A DNA stretch of 63,735 nt, counting the filler, from Lenisia limosa (lineage: Eukaryota > Protista > Breviatea), in the NCBI GenBank assembly GCA_001655205.1. It is 16 parts of 16 records of this genome, joined end to end, with 100 filler letters (N's around TTAATTAATTAA, not from the genome) between each part and the next. Parts side by side here need not be neighbours in the genome. Positions count along the whole stretch, not along the records: positions 1 to 2,548 come from LPNZ01001713.1; positions 2,649 to 4,304 come from LPNZ01003938.1; positions 4,405 to 6,641 come from LPNZ01006370.1; positions 6,742 to 13,481 come from LPNZ01000458.1; positions 13,582 to 18,559 come from LPNZ01007192.1; 11 more parts are not named here. One strand, written 5' to 3'. Within the stretch, counting starts at the first letter, position 1. Each line of letters begins with the position of its first letter. Below are positions 1 through 13,763 of the stretch, piece by piece. The notes beneath the pieces were generated by a model that was not told where the DNA came from, did not search any database, and was given only the letters and a program-made list of their open reading frames with translations. Both the position numbers and the translations under genes were made by a program.

Positions 1-1715
1 ATAAGTTCTGACACGGATATGGGCTTTATCTTAGTTAATCGTGTCAGGACTTATCATGGTCAGTGTGCATATTATGCATGAATGATATATAGAAATGAGA
101 AATAAAAACAAGGCTGTATCTGGCCGAAGCCGTCCACACTATCACGTTAATACATGATATTGGATTAAATATTAATTCCCCCAATCATTTACCAGTAAAA
201 ATGACAGTAATAAAAGGAAGTATTTCGCAGCCCATCAGAGTTTAAAGAGAATTATAGATAGTATTAATTCAAAATTATTGCCACAGCGCTCACTGTTTCT
301 GCAAGAAGGTCAATATTCAGCGGGGGGGGGGGTAAATCAGATACAATAGATATTGTCACATGATATTCCTACTTTTGAGAAGGTGGATTTGNNNNNNNNN
401 NNNNNNNNNNNNNNNNNNNNNNNNNNNNNNNNNNNNNNNNNNNNNNNNNNNNNNNNNNNNNNNNNNNNNNNNNNNNNNNNNNNNNNNNNNNNNNNNNNNN
501 NNNNNNNNNNNNNNNNNNNNNNNNNNNNNNNNNNNNNNNNNNNNNNNNNNNNNNNNNNNNNCGGAGGAGAGGCATCCCCTTTCTTTAACTACCATTACAC
601 CCCCCCTTACAATACAGGGATTTTTCAGGAACTCGCTCTGCCGTCCAGGAGGCAACCCTCCCCCCAGCCTAGAGGATGAGCAGCTGGAATGATGTGTGCT
701 AGGAGAAATACAATATATGTGGACAATATATGTGGGCATGTATTAAGTGTTATGAATCATTCTTCCCCTCAAAATGGTATTGTGTAGAAATATTGGATTG
801 AATAGCACAGAGGTGAGAAGTCAAACGCTTACTTTTTCATGTTTGAGATCTTCTGCTCTCTCTTCTCTTTTGTTGCTCGTCTGTCTTCTTTTTTTTATTT
901 TGTTTTTTTCTCTGCTGATCTCAGACAATGTGATGTGATGAGCTCATCAGGAAGCAGGAAGAGCCTCAGCAACTTGAAAAATAAAATGGGGGACGACATG
1001 ACCAGTTTCAACATGATCGCCTTTTCGCCTGAAAAATTTGATTTGAAGCAAGCATTGTATAAACAAGAGTGTAGATTATAAAAAAGTGGAAGCGGGAGGT
1101 AGTTTGAGTTGGCAGAGATGTTTTGTTGGAGGTACGCTGTCAAGCTACATTACCACACTTCTTAAGCCTGCTTTGCACAGTAAGCCCCTCATGTTAGCTA
1201 TTCCCACTCTTTTGTTTTCTAGCGCACCCCCCCTCCCCTATCTCCTAACACATCTCTCACCAGTTTTGTTTTTTTTGTTGTGTGGAATATCCCTATTTCT
1301 TCCTTTCTTTTTTTTTNNNNNNNNNNNNNNNNNNNNNNNNNNNNNNNNNNNNNNNNNNNNNNNNNNNNNNNNNNNNNNNNNNNNNNNNNNNNNNNNNNNN
1401 NNNNNNNNNNNNNNNNNNNNNNNNNNNNNNNNNNNNNNNNNNNNNNNNNNNNNNNNNNNNNNNNNNNNNNNNNNNNNGTTATCAACCATAGTGTGTTGTC
1501 AGCCAACAGAGTTGATTATGTGTTTCATAAATGTTACATTTACTTCACACAATCCCACAGTTAGATCACTTTGCATTGTTTGCTTCAATAAATCTCTTCT
1601 TTGTTGTAGCATTTGATTTCTTCATAAGGGTCATGTTCAGTCCACAAAATTCACTCATTTTTGGTTGTGGTTATGGCATCTTACAATGACAGAGTCGGAG
1701 TGAAGCACGCCAGCG

Positions 1716-2387
1716 ATGGAGAATCGCGGAGGCTCAGAAAGTGAAGTACAGAAGAAGCGCGAAAGCGGCAGAGACATGACGAAGGAGCTGCCAAAAGCCA
1801 AACAAATGAACAATGGAGCTGAGAAGAAGCTGAATGACAAGATTCTGACTGAGGAAGTCAACTTCAAGTCACTGGAAAGCAGTGGAAAGGAAGAGTTTAT
1901 TCAGCGGCTTCTTTGGAAGAAAGACCATGGAGGGCTGACTACACAGGAGATCAAAAGCCTGAGAGGATGTCGAATATCTTTAGGGCGCTCACAGAAAATG
2001 AACCAACAAAGGAGAAGTGCTGAAGTTACTGAGAAGAAAGAAGAAGGTAGACAGTCGCAGGATGAATTTGAGAAAGCTATGCAGGTCAGCTCACAAGACT
2101 CCGATTTTGTACCCTCTCCACCAAATAAGAGAACCAGAAGGGCCTCACGAAAGCCGGTAAACTACAATCGACTTCACGAAGATTTGGATGATGAACCAAT
2201 CATGAATGAGTATCCTTATATTGCTGAGGGTTTCGTAATAAGCGGCCAGGAATATGTAGATAAGAGCGATTTAGACAACGAGGTGACAAATGCTTTAGAC
2301 GATAATGACACGCAGGCGGTGAAGGCACATCTCGATGAACAAACTCGAAAAGAAATGGAGTCTCTTGGTGAGGGGTTGGGTAAATAA
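1716..2387 (+). CDS. Hypothetical charged protein (223-aa open stretch; may be one exon of a larger gene)
   Basis: Long uninterrupted K/E/D-rich ORF with a basic cluster KRTRRASRKPVNY. No domain recognised. Confidence 0.55.
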   Translation: MENRGGSESEVQKKRESGRDMTKELPKAKQMNNGAEKKLNDKILTEEVNFKSLESSGKEEFIQRLLWKKDHGGLTTQEIKSLRGCRISLGRSQKMNQQRRSAEVTEKKEEGRQSQDEFEKAMQVSSQDSDFVPSPPNKRTRRASRKPVNYNRLHEDLDDEPIMNEYPYIAEGFVISGQEYVDKSDLDNEVTNALDDNDTQAVKAHLDEQTRKEMESLGEGLGK

Positions 2388-2775
2388 TGCTGGGGAGGTA
2401 CGCAGAAAGCTGAGCACAGAGTTGTAAGGTAAATAATTGGGTGAATTATTATTATACTATAATCCAATATCTCTATCAGCGTGATTGTGTGGACGGCCTC
2501 GGCCAGATACAACCCAATTTTTATTTCGCATTGTTATATAGTATCATANNNNNNNNNNNNNNNNNNNNNNNNNNNNNNNNNNNNNNNNNNNNTTAATTAA
2601 TTAANNNNNNNNNNNNNNNNNNNNNNNNNNNNNNNNNNNNNNNNNNNNTTGGCAAATTTTTCGAAAAAATACAAAAATAAAAAAAGAAGCCAAAATCAAC
2701 TCTGTTGGCTGTGAAAAATAAGATTAATGAACGGAAAAGGGATTCAATAAGATATTCCTGACTTGGGTAACAATC

Positions 2776-3630
2776 CTAATATAAAGAAGTAGAGGGAGGG
2801 CAAAAAGAAAAACTAAGTTGAGAGGAATAATAAATCCCACTATCTGGAAGACGACCTGAAAATAGCCCACCTTCATCACTGTCGGTGAGATACTCGGAAA
2901 TATGACCCTCTTCAAACACGGCCTCCTCCAATCGGGAAGTTGCCTGTTTTGGAAGGTTGGAGGCCGGAATTTGTGAGTTGGGACTTTCCTTATTTAGAAG
3001 AGACGCGTTGGTTGATGTTGAAGATTGAGGAGTGAATGACACAACTGATGTATCCATTGCCATTGTACCTNNNNNNNNNNNNNNNNNNNNNNNNNNNNNN
3101 NNNNNNNNNNNNNNNNNNNNNNNNNNNNNNNNNNNNNNNNNNNNNNNNNNNNNNNNNNNNNNNNNNNNNNNNNNNNNNNNNNNNNNNNNNNNNNNNNNNN
3201 NNNNNNNNNNNNNNNNNNNNNNNNNNNNACAACAAAAAAAGACAAGTAAATTTGAGTATTTAATTTGGTGGAGAAAGAGGTTAGAGTCGGTAATATACAT
3301 AATATATCATATATTAGCTATGTATACTCCAGTTCCTAAATTATGCCGTTTATCATATTTTACTTAGATTCGAAAAAAGACTGAATACTTCAATAAATCT
3401 CGAAAACTGTCGATATTTTGATGGTCTTTTTCGAACCTAGGTGAAGCCCTCTTCCAAACAACATCATAGTTCTATTCACATTTTATTTAGGAATATTTGA
3501 GATTTGACGAGGGCCATTATGACAGCTCACCAGAATGCGGAGTACCTAGGGGAACGGTTGAATTTGGCGCCAATTCAGAAGTGGCCGAAAAACTGGGCTT
3601 AGGAGGGACCTGGGTTTCCGCTTCAGATCT
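2776..3630 (-). CDS. Partial multi-exon S/P-rich hypothetical protein
   Basis: Exon after a family-A acceptor (ctcccccag|atctgaagcg, SEAETQVPPKPSFSATSELAP), and an open S/P/E-rich exon at about 2850-3070. Confidence 0.4.
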
Positions 3631-4404
3631 GGGGGAGTAAATTGGAATTTATGAAACAAAAAAAAGAAAAGCCCAAAGTCGACTATGTTGACTAGCAACA
3701 CACGTGGCTTAAAAAAACAAATCATGAAGCTGGTGAACTCAAGTTTGCTTATGATATTTTTATATCGAAGCGTGAGTGAGCCCCTAGCAGAAGTGTGTTG
3801 TGATTTTGTTTTCTAGTACCTAGGGCGTTCGAAAAAGATCGGTAACTATCGATAGTTTTCGAGGATTATTCGAGAAATTCAGTCATTTATCGGACTGAAG
3901 TGAAGCTCAACTAGCAACCCCATGTATTATTCATAAATCCCAAGATTATAACTTATATTTATCCCCTCTCCCCACAGTGCAGAAAGATCGGAAGCGGACG
4001 TTATCATGTTGTCACCCTATTCAATTAAACGGTAAATATGAAACACAAAAACACCCAAAATCAACTCTGTTTAAAGCAGACGAGGGTTGAAAACCACAAA
4101 TCAAACAAAGCCCAAGCCAGTAACCCACACCATCAACGAGTAGGAGATTTATTAAAAAAAATTTTAAAGAAATTACAGATTCAAAGTCAATCACTAAAAT
4201 TGACTTGGGCGCATCAACTTAGGAGTCTTGTGAAAACATTGGAATTCCCGTATGTTACATGGAAATCCCATGAAATTTTATGGAAATTCGAAGAAATTTA
4301 TGGGNNNNNNNNNNNNNNNNNNNNNNNNNNNNNNNNNNNNNNNNNNNNTTAATTAATTAANNNNNNNNNNNNNNNNNNNNNNNNNNNNNNNNNNNNNNNN
4401 NNNN

Positions 4405-4556
4405 CTCCGATCATACCTATCACTCCTATCACGCCTATCACTCCGATCACACCTATCATACCTATCACTCCTATTACCTAGTGCCTCTATCACTCCGATC
4501 ACACCTATTACCTATTACCTATTACTTCTATCACTCCTATCACACCTACCACTCCG
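4405..4556. repeat. Minisatellite of 7-9 bp units (CCTATCACT / CCGATCACA / CCTATTA)
   Basis: Directly visible tandem variants at a contig start. Confidence 0.9.
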
Positions 4557-5652
4557 TGCGTATCCAAATGATAAACTTGTTTTGCACCTCACATTAAGAA
4601 GTCGAATATCTGATATGATGTGTATATAATATATATATATATATATATCATATACAGAGCACAACTAGTATTTTTACTTACTTTGTTTTTACACGAATGT
4701 TCCCGTCTTGAATAGACGACATACTATACGCCGTCCTTTGTCGTAGTTTGATAGTGTACCGCTTTGGTCAGATCTCTTTTGTATTTCTCAACAAACCCAC
4801 CGCCCACCCAGAAAATTGTTTTACCGCCTCAGCTGACGCGGAACCACTTCATAAGGAACTCAGAAACCCGAAGCTCCAGAGGCTCATTCTGTTCGTCAAT
4901 GGTGCTCGTGACCAATGGTGGGGCAATAACGTCTTATGGGTGGTATTCTATTTCGAGATTATCAAATAAGAGCAGGTCAAGGCCTCTATCCGTTCTTTTC
5001 TTTCTTGATGTAATAGACCTATTCCTGATGGCTGATGGGATGGTGTCTGATGTGATTATAGTTTTACGGGAAAGTTCTTTCAGATTTGAAATCTTTAAGG
5101 AATGTCTTTTTATATATGATATTGACTGTATTACTCAGCGAACCCAAGATATACTTTGGACTATTTGTCCTCTAATGGTACAGGGAAGCGGTGCAGCGAC
5201 TTGAGCAAGCTAAGAAAGAGCCGGAATTCTCAGAGTTCTGTGAACAACTCCTTCACACTATCGGAAGGCATCCTGTTGAAGAGTACTAAACCTGCATTAA
5301 CCATCAGCCTAGTAGCTGGAGGAATTGGCCCAGTCTTCAGCCTCGTTATGTGACAAGTATTGCCACCCTAATGTGGTCAGTGATGCTGATAATGATGTTA
5401 ATGCTATGTTCTGATTTCAACCCACCGTGAAACTGAGGTTCCATATTTGGTTTTTTCTGGGTCTTCTTCGGCTCTTGTCCCGGCCGCCAACTCAGAGGCT
5501 TCCTTTCCGGCCGCGTGGCCCTGGGCTTTCTTGTGGGCTTGTCTTTGGTGATGCTGGATTGGATCGAATCTGGAGAGGTTAATGGGAATTAGAAATAAAG
5601 AAGATGAGAATAGTAAGGATATACAATGATAACCAGCACTACTCAACAGATA

Positions 5653-5730
5653 CAGTGACCGGGATAAGTCTTGACCGATTTGCTCTATGATTTCCCAAGG
5701 AAAATAGGTCAAGACTAATCCCGATCACTG
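5653..5730. mobile_element. Family B MITE, Tc1/mariner-pogo type (also 13588, 27613, 37102, 50479, 53354, 62905; variant at 1-55 and ~43810)
   Basis: About 78 bp, TIR CAGTGACCGGGATAAGTCTTGACC...GGTCAAGACTTATCCCGGTCACTG, flanked by TA on both sides in the best copies. Confidence 0.88.
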
Positions 5731-6564
5731 TACATGCATGTTCAGCAGAAATCCCTGCCCAAACCGTTTTGGATGTGGCATGCACCCCCTCCTACTGAGA
5801 TACATAGTGGATGTAGTAGCCATTGAGGCGACTTCTTCCGACGCCGTTGGCATTGTCATCATACTGAGGATTGAAGACTCAACCTGAGAGAGTGGTGAAA
5901 TGTGAACCCTTTCTCTAAAAAGAAGCTAACACAAACAGGATGCTGATTCGAAACGTACCCCCTCTCCCACTTTGGAAGCAGATGAGGTGGACTTCTTATT
6001 TGTACTGGACATTTGACTCAGAAGGTCCTGGCGCTGCCTGGCTTGTGACTGTGTTGATGGGGCCTGTGCGGGTTAGGTTTACTGCCTCTTTCCACTCCTT
6101 CCTGTCATTTTGTATNNNNNNNNNNNNNNNNNNNNNNNNNNNNNNNNNNNNNNNNNNNNNNNNNNNNNNNNNNNNNNNNNNNNNNNNNNNNNNNNNNNNN
6201 NNNNNNNNNNNNNNNNNNNNNNNNNNNNNNNNNNNNNNNNNNNNNNNNNNNNNNNNNNNNNNNNNNNNNNNNNNNNNNNNNNNNNNNNNNNNNNNNNGTA
6301 TCTGCTGGCTCGGTCGGGGCTGTGGGCTTGCCTGGGCGTCACGTGACACTTCCGACCAAAGGTTCCGACCGGATGAGGGTCGCGGGGCGGCTTTGGTGGG
6401 TGATTTCGGTAGTGTTGTTCTGGAAGAGACGGAGGGCCGGAAGACCTGGATGGATAATGTAATAATGTAACAGACTTTTCTATCATAATCAGCTTCATAT
6501 TACACACCGTTTTCATTTTACACTATCTCATATTACTGTGTTTTAACTCACCCTCACCCCCTCT

Positions 6565-6641
6565 CTAGTTCTGATCCCCTCCACCTCGCGAACAAGCTGG
6601 CTGTAGTTCTGATCCCCTTCACCTCGCGAACAAGCTGGCTG
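6565..6641. repeat. 38-bp tandem repeat running into contig end
   Basis: tagttctgatcccct(c/t)cacctcgcgaacaagctggctg occurs twice. Confidence 0.85.
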
Positions 6642-7240
6642 NNNNNNNNNNNNNNNNNNNNNNNNNNNNNNNNNNNNNNNNNNNNTTAATTAATTAANNN
6701 NNNNNNNNNNNNNNNNNNNNNNNNNNNNNNNNNNNNNNNNNCACCTACTCTGCTTGATTAGAGTGCTTTCCTCCTTCTTGCACTCTATCTGTGCGCTTTG
6801 CTTTCAACAAAACGCTAACTCTGCTACACTCTGCTCTTTTCTCTTCCTTTTCCCACTTTTCCAGAACGGGCGAAACGGGTGTATAGAATACCACTCGATA
6901 TGTCGCGGCCTCGCTCCCGGAACCAGCGGAACCCACCATGGGTAGTATAAGGAAGACCAAAAGAGATATATACACCCCATGGAACCCACCATACGGTAGC
7001 AGGGACGCACTGATATGTGTTGTTTGGTTTTTTGGTTTAGTTCAACAGTCAATAATATACTGTCAATATCAAGTCAATATGGTTCTGACATGGTTGAGGA
7101 TAGTTGTTGTGTTACAATGTGTCTGGTAGTGATATCTTCCCTGTGCAGCGCTGATGATTGTTGAAACACTAATTGAAAACTTGAAAACAGTAATTAACTT
7201 CCATACAGTAAATACACATAAAACAAGAAAAACACAAAAC

Positions 7241-9156
7241 TTAATCGAATTCGAGGTACTAAAACAGTGAGAAATGGTGAGAAGAGACAGATAAAATCCA
7301 TACGCCCCTTTCCCCATACGGTAACGGGTGCCAAGCCTTGAACACCGCTCAGCTCAGCAGTGCACCACCCATCGTCATGCTTCTCAACAACAACAAGACG
7401 ATCTCCGGCAGCGAAGGTCAGCTCCGTGTCGTCTTCACCGGTGTAGTCGTACAAGGCTGGCAGAGAGTAAGATGGATAAGAAGAAATGAAGAGGGTTGAG
7501 GAGTAGCAAAAGTTGAGAATATACGCAAACGCAAAAACCCAAAGGCTATCCTCTTGAGCAATGAGTGGAACAGGTTTGCGACCAGAAGACACAGACATGG
7601 AGCCTACCGGTCGCCATAGAAGAGGCACCTCCACCACCGGAAGCGGGAGGAGCAGGGGCAGGCGCGTCACCAGTGTATTGGCTGGCCATGGCTTTCATCT
7701 GCTCGGCGCTGAGGCCTTCCTTCTTCTCCATCACCTCGAAAGTCTACTCAGTCAGCCAAATCCCCAAGCAAGGTCAACCAACCTCAACCTCCTTCTCAAT
7801 CAGATATTGGTCTTCGCTATGCTCGGAAATGAAGTTATCAAGGTCTTGCTCTGGAGAAACAACCTCGACGGATTGGAACATGGTATCTGAAGAGTGAGGC
7901 CAAACAAAGGACTAACCTGTAGCTGTGGTGATGGCAGGAGCAATGGAAGAGACTGCTTCAGAGAAGGCATAGAGGCTATCGCGAGAGCAGTTGACACGGC
8001 TCAGTTCAAGCTGTTCAAGTTCTAAACAATCAAACCCAAAAGCTGAAGAACGCCCAACCTTCAAGAAGTCTGGGCATGTTCTCGGTGTAGTATGAGTCCT
8101 GGGTGGCGTTGAGGACTCCAACGGTCTTTTGGTATTGGCCTTCCTTGTTGTCAACGTCCTTAGACAGACTCTGGAGTTTCTTGGCAACATCACTTCCTGC
8201 TCCATTGGCAAGCTTGGCTGAAATGTCAATGAATGTGAAGTTGACCTCAACAGCAACACTCATTTCTGGAAATATAGGCACAAATAACTCACCCTTAGCA
8301 GCCTCAATGTCATTTTGAAGCTTGACACAAGAGTTCTTGGCACTGTTGAATGCTTGGTGGATGAGAGTTATTTACAAAAAAAAAACGGGCAGATTGGCCT
8401 TATCCATATTAATCTCCCAGGGTGAAAACTGTAAAAAAAAAACTGTAAAAAAACCCCCAAAAAAACCATGTATTATCCTTGTATTTTCCAAAAAGACAAA
8501 GTTGTTGAAGGCGATCCATGTTATTTCTTGAGGCACTTACGCCAATCTCAGCAAATTCAATAAACCAAAATCAATATCCGAGGAGGAATAGAAGAGAAGA
8601 TGCCTTCCCCTCAAACAAGATAAAGCCGACTTCAACTCCTTCAAAGACTTCTGTCCGTCCTTAAGCAGGGCAGCAGTTGGTTTGTCATGCTCCTTAATGA
8701 ACTCTGTCATCTTTTCTGAAACCTAGAGACAGTTAATTGCACCGACAATTGTTTTAAGGAATCCTACGTTGACTTGAATTTGATCTCCAACAGAGGCATG
8801 AGCGTTGGCCAATTCAGTAACTTGAACTTTAATCTGTCCCCAAGACTCGGAAAGAGTACCATTATCGTAATTAATACCAACAGGAGCTCCTAGAACCATA
8901 AATCAACCATGTATATGTATTAAGCAAACCCTTCTTCTTGCTAAGCTTCTTGTCGTCGCTGGCAACAAGCTTCAATAGAGAATTGGCGTAATTTTTCTCT
9001 ATATTTGGGTAAATAACATATATTCTTTCAGAGATACGTACCAATTTTGGCATATTCAGCCATAAAACTGTTGAGAGCAGAGTTTGCAGCTTGTCCTTCC
9101 TTCACCTTGACCTCAATGGCCTCAAATCCTCCAACAAAATCATCACTAAACTTCAT
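7241..9156 (-). CDS. F-BAR (FCH) + C-terminal SH3 domain protein (PSTPIP/PACSIN/Cdc15-like architecture), many short introns
   Basis: Spliced start MKFSDDFVGGFEAIEVKVKEG...AEYAKIEKNYANSLLKL (FCH-like). The end is a canonical SH3, ALYDYTGEDDTELTFAAGDRLVVVEKHDDGWC...GLAPVT|YLEFD*, with TAA at 7241-7243. GT-AG introns, some only ~40 nt. Confidence 0.85.
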
Positions 9157-9479
9157 CCTGAAGGTTCACGAAAAAAAGGGGGATAAAAATGAAACTGTAA
9201 AACTTCTCCAACTCCCTCTCTTGCTCTCTATAACAATCCCAAAACACCAACAGCTCACAAATCCACCTAAATTGCTAAACTCCAAAAAGAAATTTAATTG
9301 AAAAGAAAAATGATCCTTGTGATCAAAAAGCTCAAACTTTCTATATTGGGATATGTCATTCAACTCTTTTTTCAGTTGCACCTAAATTAAGCAAGAAAAA
9401 AGGAAGAAATAAAGAACGTAAAAGAGTCAGTCAAAGAAAGTGAAAGAAAGTATCCTCCTTCTCATCACATCCGTCGTCC

Positions 9480-11000
9480 ATTCTTGAATTTGGGAAATGG
9501 AAGACAATTGTGATTACATAGAATCAAGGAAAAGTAAAGAACCCACAATTCAAGTTGGTCTTGGTTGCAATATATAACTTTTAGGATTACGTAACTTCCG
9601 CCCTCCAAAGTTTGCAAGTTGTCAGTGTAAGGAGGAGTCATGTTCACTTGACTTTCAAAAAAAAACAAGCAAATCAAAAATTGAATACGTTTGTGTCTAC
9701 TTATTGATCTACATTACTGCATTTCAGAACTTTCAAAATTTTAGACATTATATCTCTCTTTCATGTTTAAGGATTGTCATGAGTTGTTTATGAGTCTCTC
9801 TGTAATTCTGAAAGATGTCAGTCATAGCGCAAAGGTAGGTAATAAATAATACAATAAAAATCATAACATAACATTTTTCGGGTTACATGAACTAGCAGAG
9901 TCCAACTACAGCCAGTTCATTGTGCTTCAACATTGGCGACAACATTTCAGCTCTTGCCTCGTAAGCTTCTGCAATAATAAAGCAAATTAATAAATCTAGT
10001 CATATGCAGCAAATGGACTGTGAGGCAATACAACAAGGTGGGAGGGAAGGTGTTATCAAGGTGGGGGGGAAGGCGTTTATTTCTAATTGTTTAGATTGCA
10101 AGGAGCTTGAAAACAACTGTAAAATGCTTGTGAAGCACTGTCGAAAAATCGCATCGTTTACGACGAGACGTGAAATCAACAATGATGTGAGAGAATATCC
10201 GTTCATCCTGTAGATTCTGGCACATGCCAATGTTCTTGAAACCTTAGCCAAACAGACGTCCATAATGGGAAGAATGGCGTCTTCATCAGGACAATACGCA
10301 GAAGTGAGTGGTTAGCAATAACTCTTTCAGGTTGGCGAAGTAATGAGAAGATTAACTCTTGAAATCGGGCTTACAATCCATTTCTTGGACATCTTGCATA
10401 TTTTGGAGGTTGGATTGTACCATCTCACAAACAACCAGATGGCAGAAAGTGGTGACGTATGGATTAGAAAAATGAAAGAAATAGAGAAAACAAGCCACAA
10501 AGCATACTCAAGCTTGGTTTGCTTCGCTTTATCACTCACTATCAAGATTCTGAAGCGACCACTAATGACAAGTAGTAGTATTTTTGACTCTTTGGTATCC
10601 TCCCCCAAGATAGCTAAATATGAAGAGACATTTGAAGAGAAGCCCGTAAGTATTATTGTTTGTTACCTTTACCAATTGGAACAGGATGACAAAGAACGCA
10701 CAACTGAGCCTAACAACAACCAATCTCAGACACCTGAAAAGAAAGATTATTTCACTCAAACAAAACCAATCACCAAAGCTTCACAAGAATGTCAAAAATC
10801 AGCAACTTTTGCAGATGGGGTAAGGCACATGAAACAAATAATTGTGTAGTGGAATCAAGCTTCAACCAAGACACTGGACTGGTGTTCACAGACCGCAAAA
10901 AAGGGAAGTAACCATGTCGCTACCCAAGTAAGCGAACTCTTCTTATTCAAATGTCAAGACAATCGAAAAGCAAAAGCAAAATGCAGAGACGCAATGCTGC
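9480..11000 (-). CDS. Probable multi-exon hypothetical gene; structure unresolved
   Basis: Several open minus-strand stretches bounded by GT/AG (e.g. QVNMTPPYTDNLQTLEGGSY; DEDAILPIMDVCLAKVSRTLACARIYRMNG). No domain recognised. Confidence 0.3.
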
Positions 11001-13763
11001 CCAGGTCACCGCCTTGCCAGCGGTCCAATCAAAACCACCACTAACTCATCAACCGGACTGGGCTTGATTCTCAAAACCACTGTAGCGACCGGACCTGATG
11101 AACCTTTCAAACAGCATCCCGTGTCATATGACACTGGCAAGCTACTGAGCGAAGAGCTGGACCGGTCACACTGCAGCCCAACAATTCCCACCGTTATTGG
11201 GAACCGCAAAAGGTGAGCATTCTTGACAACTCACTCTTGTAGTTCAGCCTTTCATGGTCAAATCTTCAACATCACTCAACTTCCTCTTCATCATAGTAAA
11301 CATAACTCAATTTATCATGTGACATTTGTAGATGAACCATCAAATCAGAAATACATCCACCCTGATATCAATATAATCCATTCACCCAATAAATCCCCAT
11401 TTGTACCAGAATCCCCATTTGTTCCTGTTTCTCCAAGAGGCGTGCGCCAAACCAAGTAGGAATACTCCTTGACTGAAACCCTCAGACCCATACGCCCAAG
11501 CAACCCTGCTGCCCGCGCTTTTGTCCTTCCAACAAGAGCGTTGAGTCTTCCTCTTCCCGACAGGTTTGTTTTTTCATGTTTTTCATTCACATGCATTCCA
11601 GTCCCCAAGCTCCCCCATCTCCAATGCACTCTCCTTGGAAGAAAGACGAGAAGCGAAGCTACCCGATTGACTGTCCCTCTTCCCTTGTAGCATTTGATGT
11701 AAGTTCTTACACGTAGCTTACCATGAAGGCAACTGACAGTTCTTTTCCAAATACCTCTTTAAACCGAAAGCCACGCACACTTGCCCATGTTCGAAGGTGG
11801 GTCGGCTAACCAAAAACGGTTCTGCTCACCAATATAGCGCAAGAGCTTCAAGAGAACGAAGGAAATCAATTTCAGGTTAGACCCACATCCCCCTTTTGTG
11901 AATTTGATATTTGCAGAAGGGCTCAAGATACCACCACCAAGCATGAGCCAACAGCAGCATATTCATCCAAGGTATGTTTGAGATATAAATTTAACCTGTC
12001 AAGTTTGAAAAACTCCCCATATCTTTCTGAAGAAGAAAAAAATTATCTTAAAGGCAGTTCTGTGTAAGAAATGCTGAAAAAAGATGTCACTTTTAGAACG
12101 GCAACTTTTGGGCAACCCATCAATCTGAAAAATCTTGATATTCCATCAACCACTTTCGAAACACACAACAACCAAGGTTTGAATGTTTCTCTCATTAGGA
12201 TCACAAAGTCCAAAGGCAAAAACTCCTTTAACAGAAAAGAAGAAGCCCACTTTTTTGAAAAAAGTAAGGCTACTTTCAATTCATACCCCAGATCTCCAAT
12301 CCGTACCAAAGAAATGCCTCAAAATCAAAGCCTCAAGAGGCGTCACCATCAGTACGAAATCTGTCTATTTGAACCCATAACATCATTGCTCAGGGAAGAT
12401 ACCACCGAAACAGCCAAAAGAAGCCAGGTCTCCCGAAAGAAGCAACACCTCGACGAAGCAGCAGAGCAGCCAGTCAAATCTCAGCAAAAAGCTCTCCACA
12501 ATCAAGTTCTCCAAGTATGACTAGGTGCAGCACCTTTCAATATTAACACAAGACTAATGTTGTACAAGTGCTATTGAAATTTACAGCCTAGGACAACCCA
12601 GCCCCGCACTAGAAATCCTCATTCGATCCAGAGCAGCCACCTCCCGCGTCCATTATTCCACACAAGTCATTGGTACAACCCCACCCTGTGGTGCGGGTTT
12701 AGTTAGGCCACACTTTGATAGCAAGCCATTAAGTGACGTCAGCAAGAAAGTGGGCTTCATCAGAACACCATATGACCTTGTAGAACCAAGAAAGTGAACC
12801 ATTTCTTGATAACAAAGCAATGAATATCACAAGGGACCCTTATGTGCCCGTCATTGGTCGACCCAATTTTAAGTTGCAATAATTGTTTTCCTCTGTTTCT
12901 TTATTATTATATTAAATTAGAATAGAATAGATTATGTCCCCATCATACTTTGGAATAATATTTTAACATTGGGCAGTTGGTCCTTCTTCAGTAACCTAAA
13001 TCAAACTAGTGAAGAAAAAAAAGGATGTATTTATATAATTAAATTGAATAACTTTAGCCCCTTCAGAGCCCAGCTTACTTGCTGTTTCATGTCATCTATC
13101 AGTTAGTAGGCCACCCTTGGCAAAAGTTTGGTGATTGAAATCGTCTGTCTTCTAATGTGAAATATTGTTTCTCCTCAACGAGAAGAGGTAATAAGAGGTA
13201 AGTAAGCGAAGGCCCAATGTGACGGGGAGTAAAACGAAGGAAATTTCGATGAAGAATATTGGCGTAAACTAATCATCTGAAACTCTAAACAAACAAAAAA
13301 CAAAAAACAAGCAACAACAAACAACCAACGCAAAAACTAGAAAAAGCCATATGACAAAAACACAAAAACAAGCCCGAGCCAGCCTTCGAAGAGTCCCACC
13401 ACCGCTCGATCACCCAAACGTACCTGTAAGGCGTTAAAAAGTTGAGAACAACAAAACAAACAAAGTCCAGGCCAGTCGCTTNNNNNNNNNNNNNNNNNNN
13501 NNNNNNNNNNNNNNNNNNNNNNNNNTTAATTAATTAANNNNNNNNNNNNNNNNNNNNNNNNNNNNNNNNNNNNNNNNNNNNAATATACAGTGACCGGAAT
13601 AAGTGTTAACCTCTTTTCCTTGGTAAATCATAGAGCAAATCTGTCAAGACTTATCCCGGTTACTGTCGTCAACAGTGAGGTTGGTATTGAGTGTCTTAAC
13701 CTCCCCTTAATAGCATATCGTATGTATACATAGTATTGTACATAAACTACCCCCGGCACGCAG

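Noticed and set aside
4405-4556. Minisatellite as an xDR tripeptide CDS, tet-operator array or telomere
   Set aside because: 7-bp units break the frame and add stops, units are too variable for telomerase repeats, and the operator likeness is only a short partial match.
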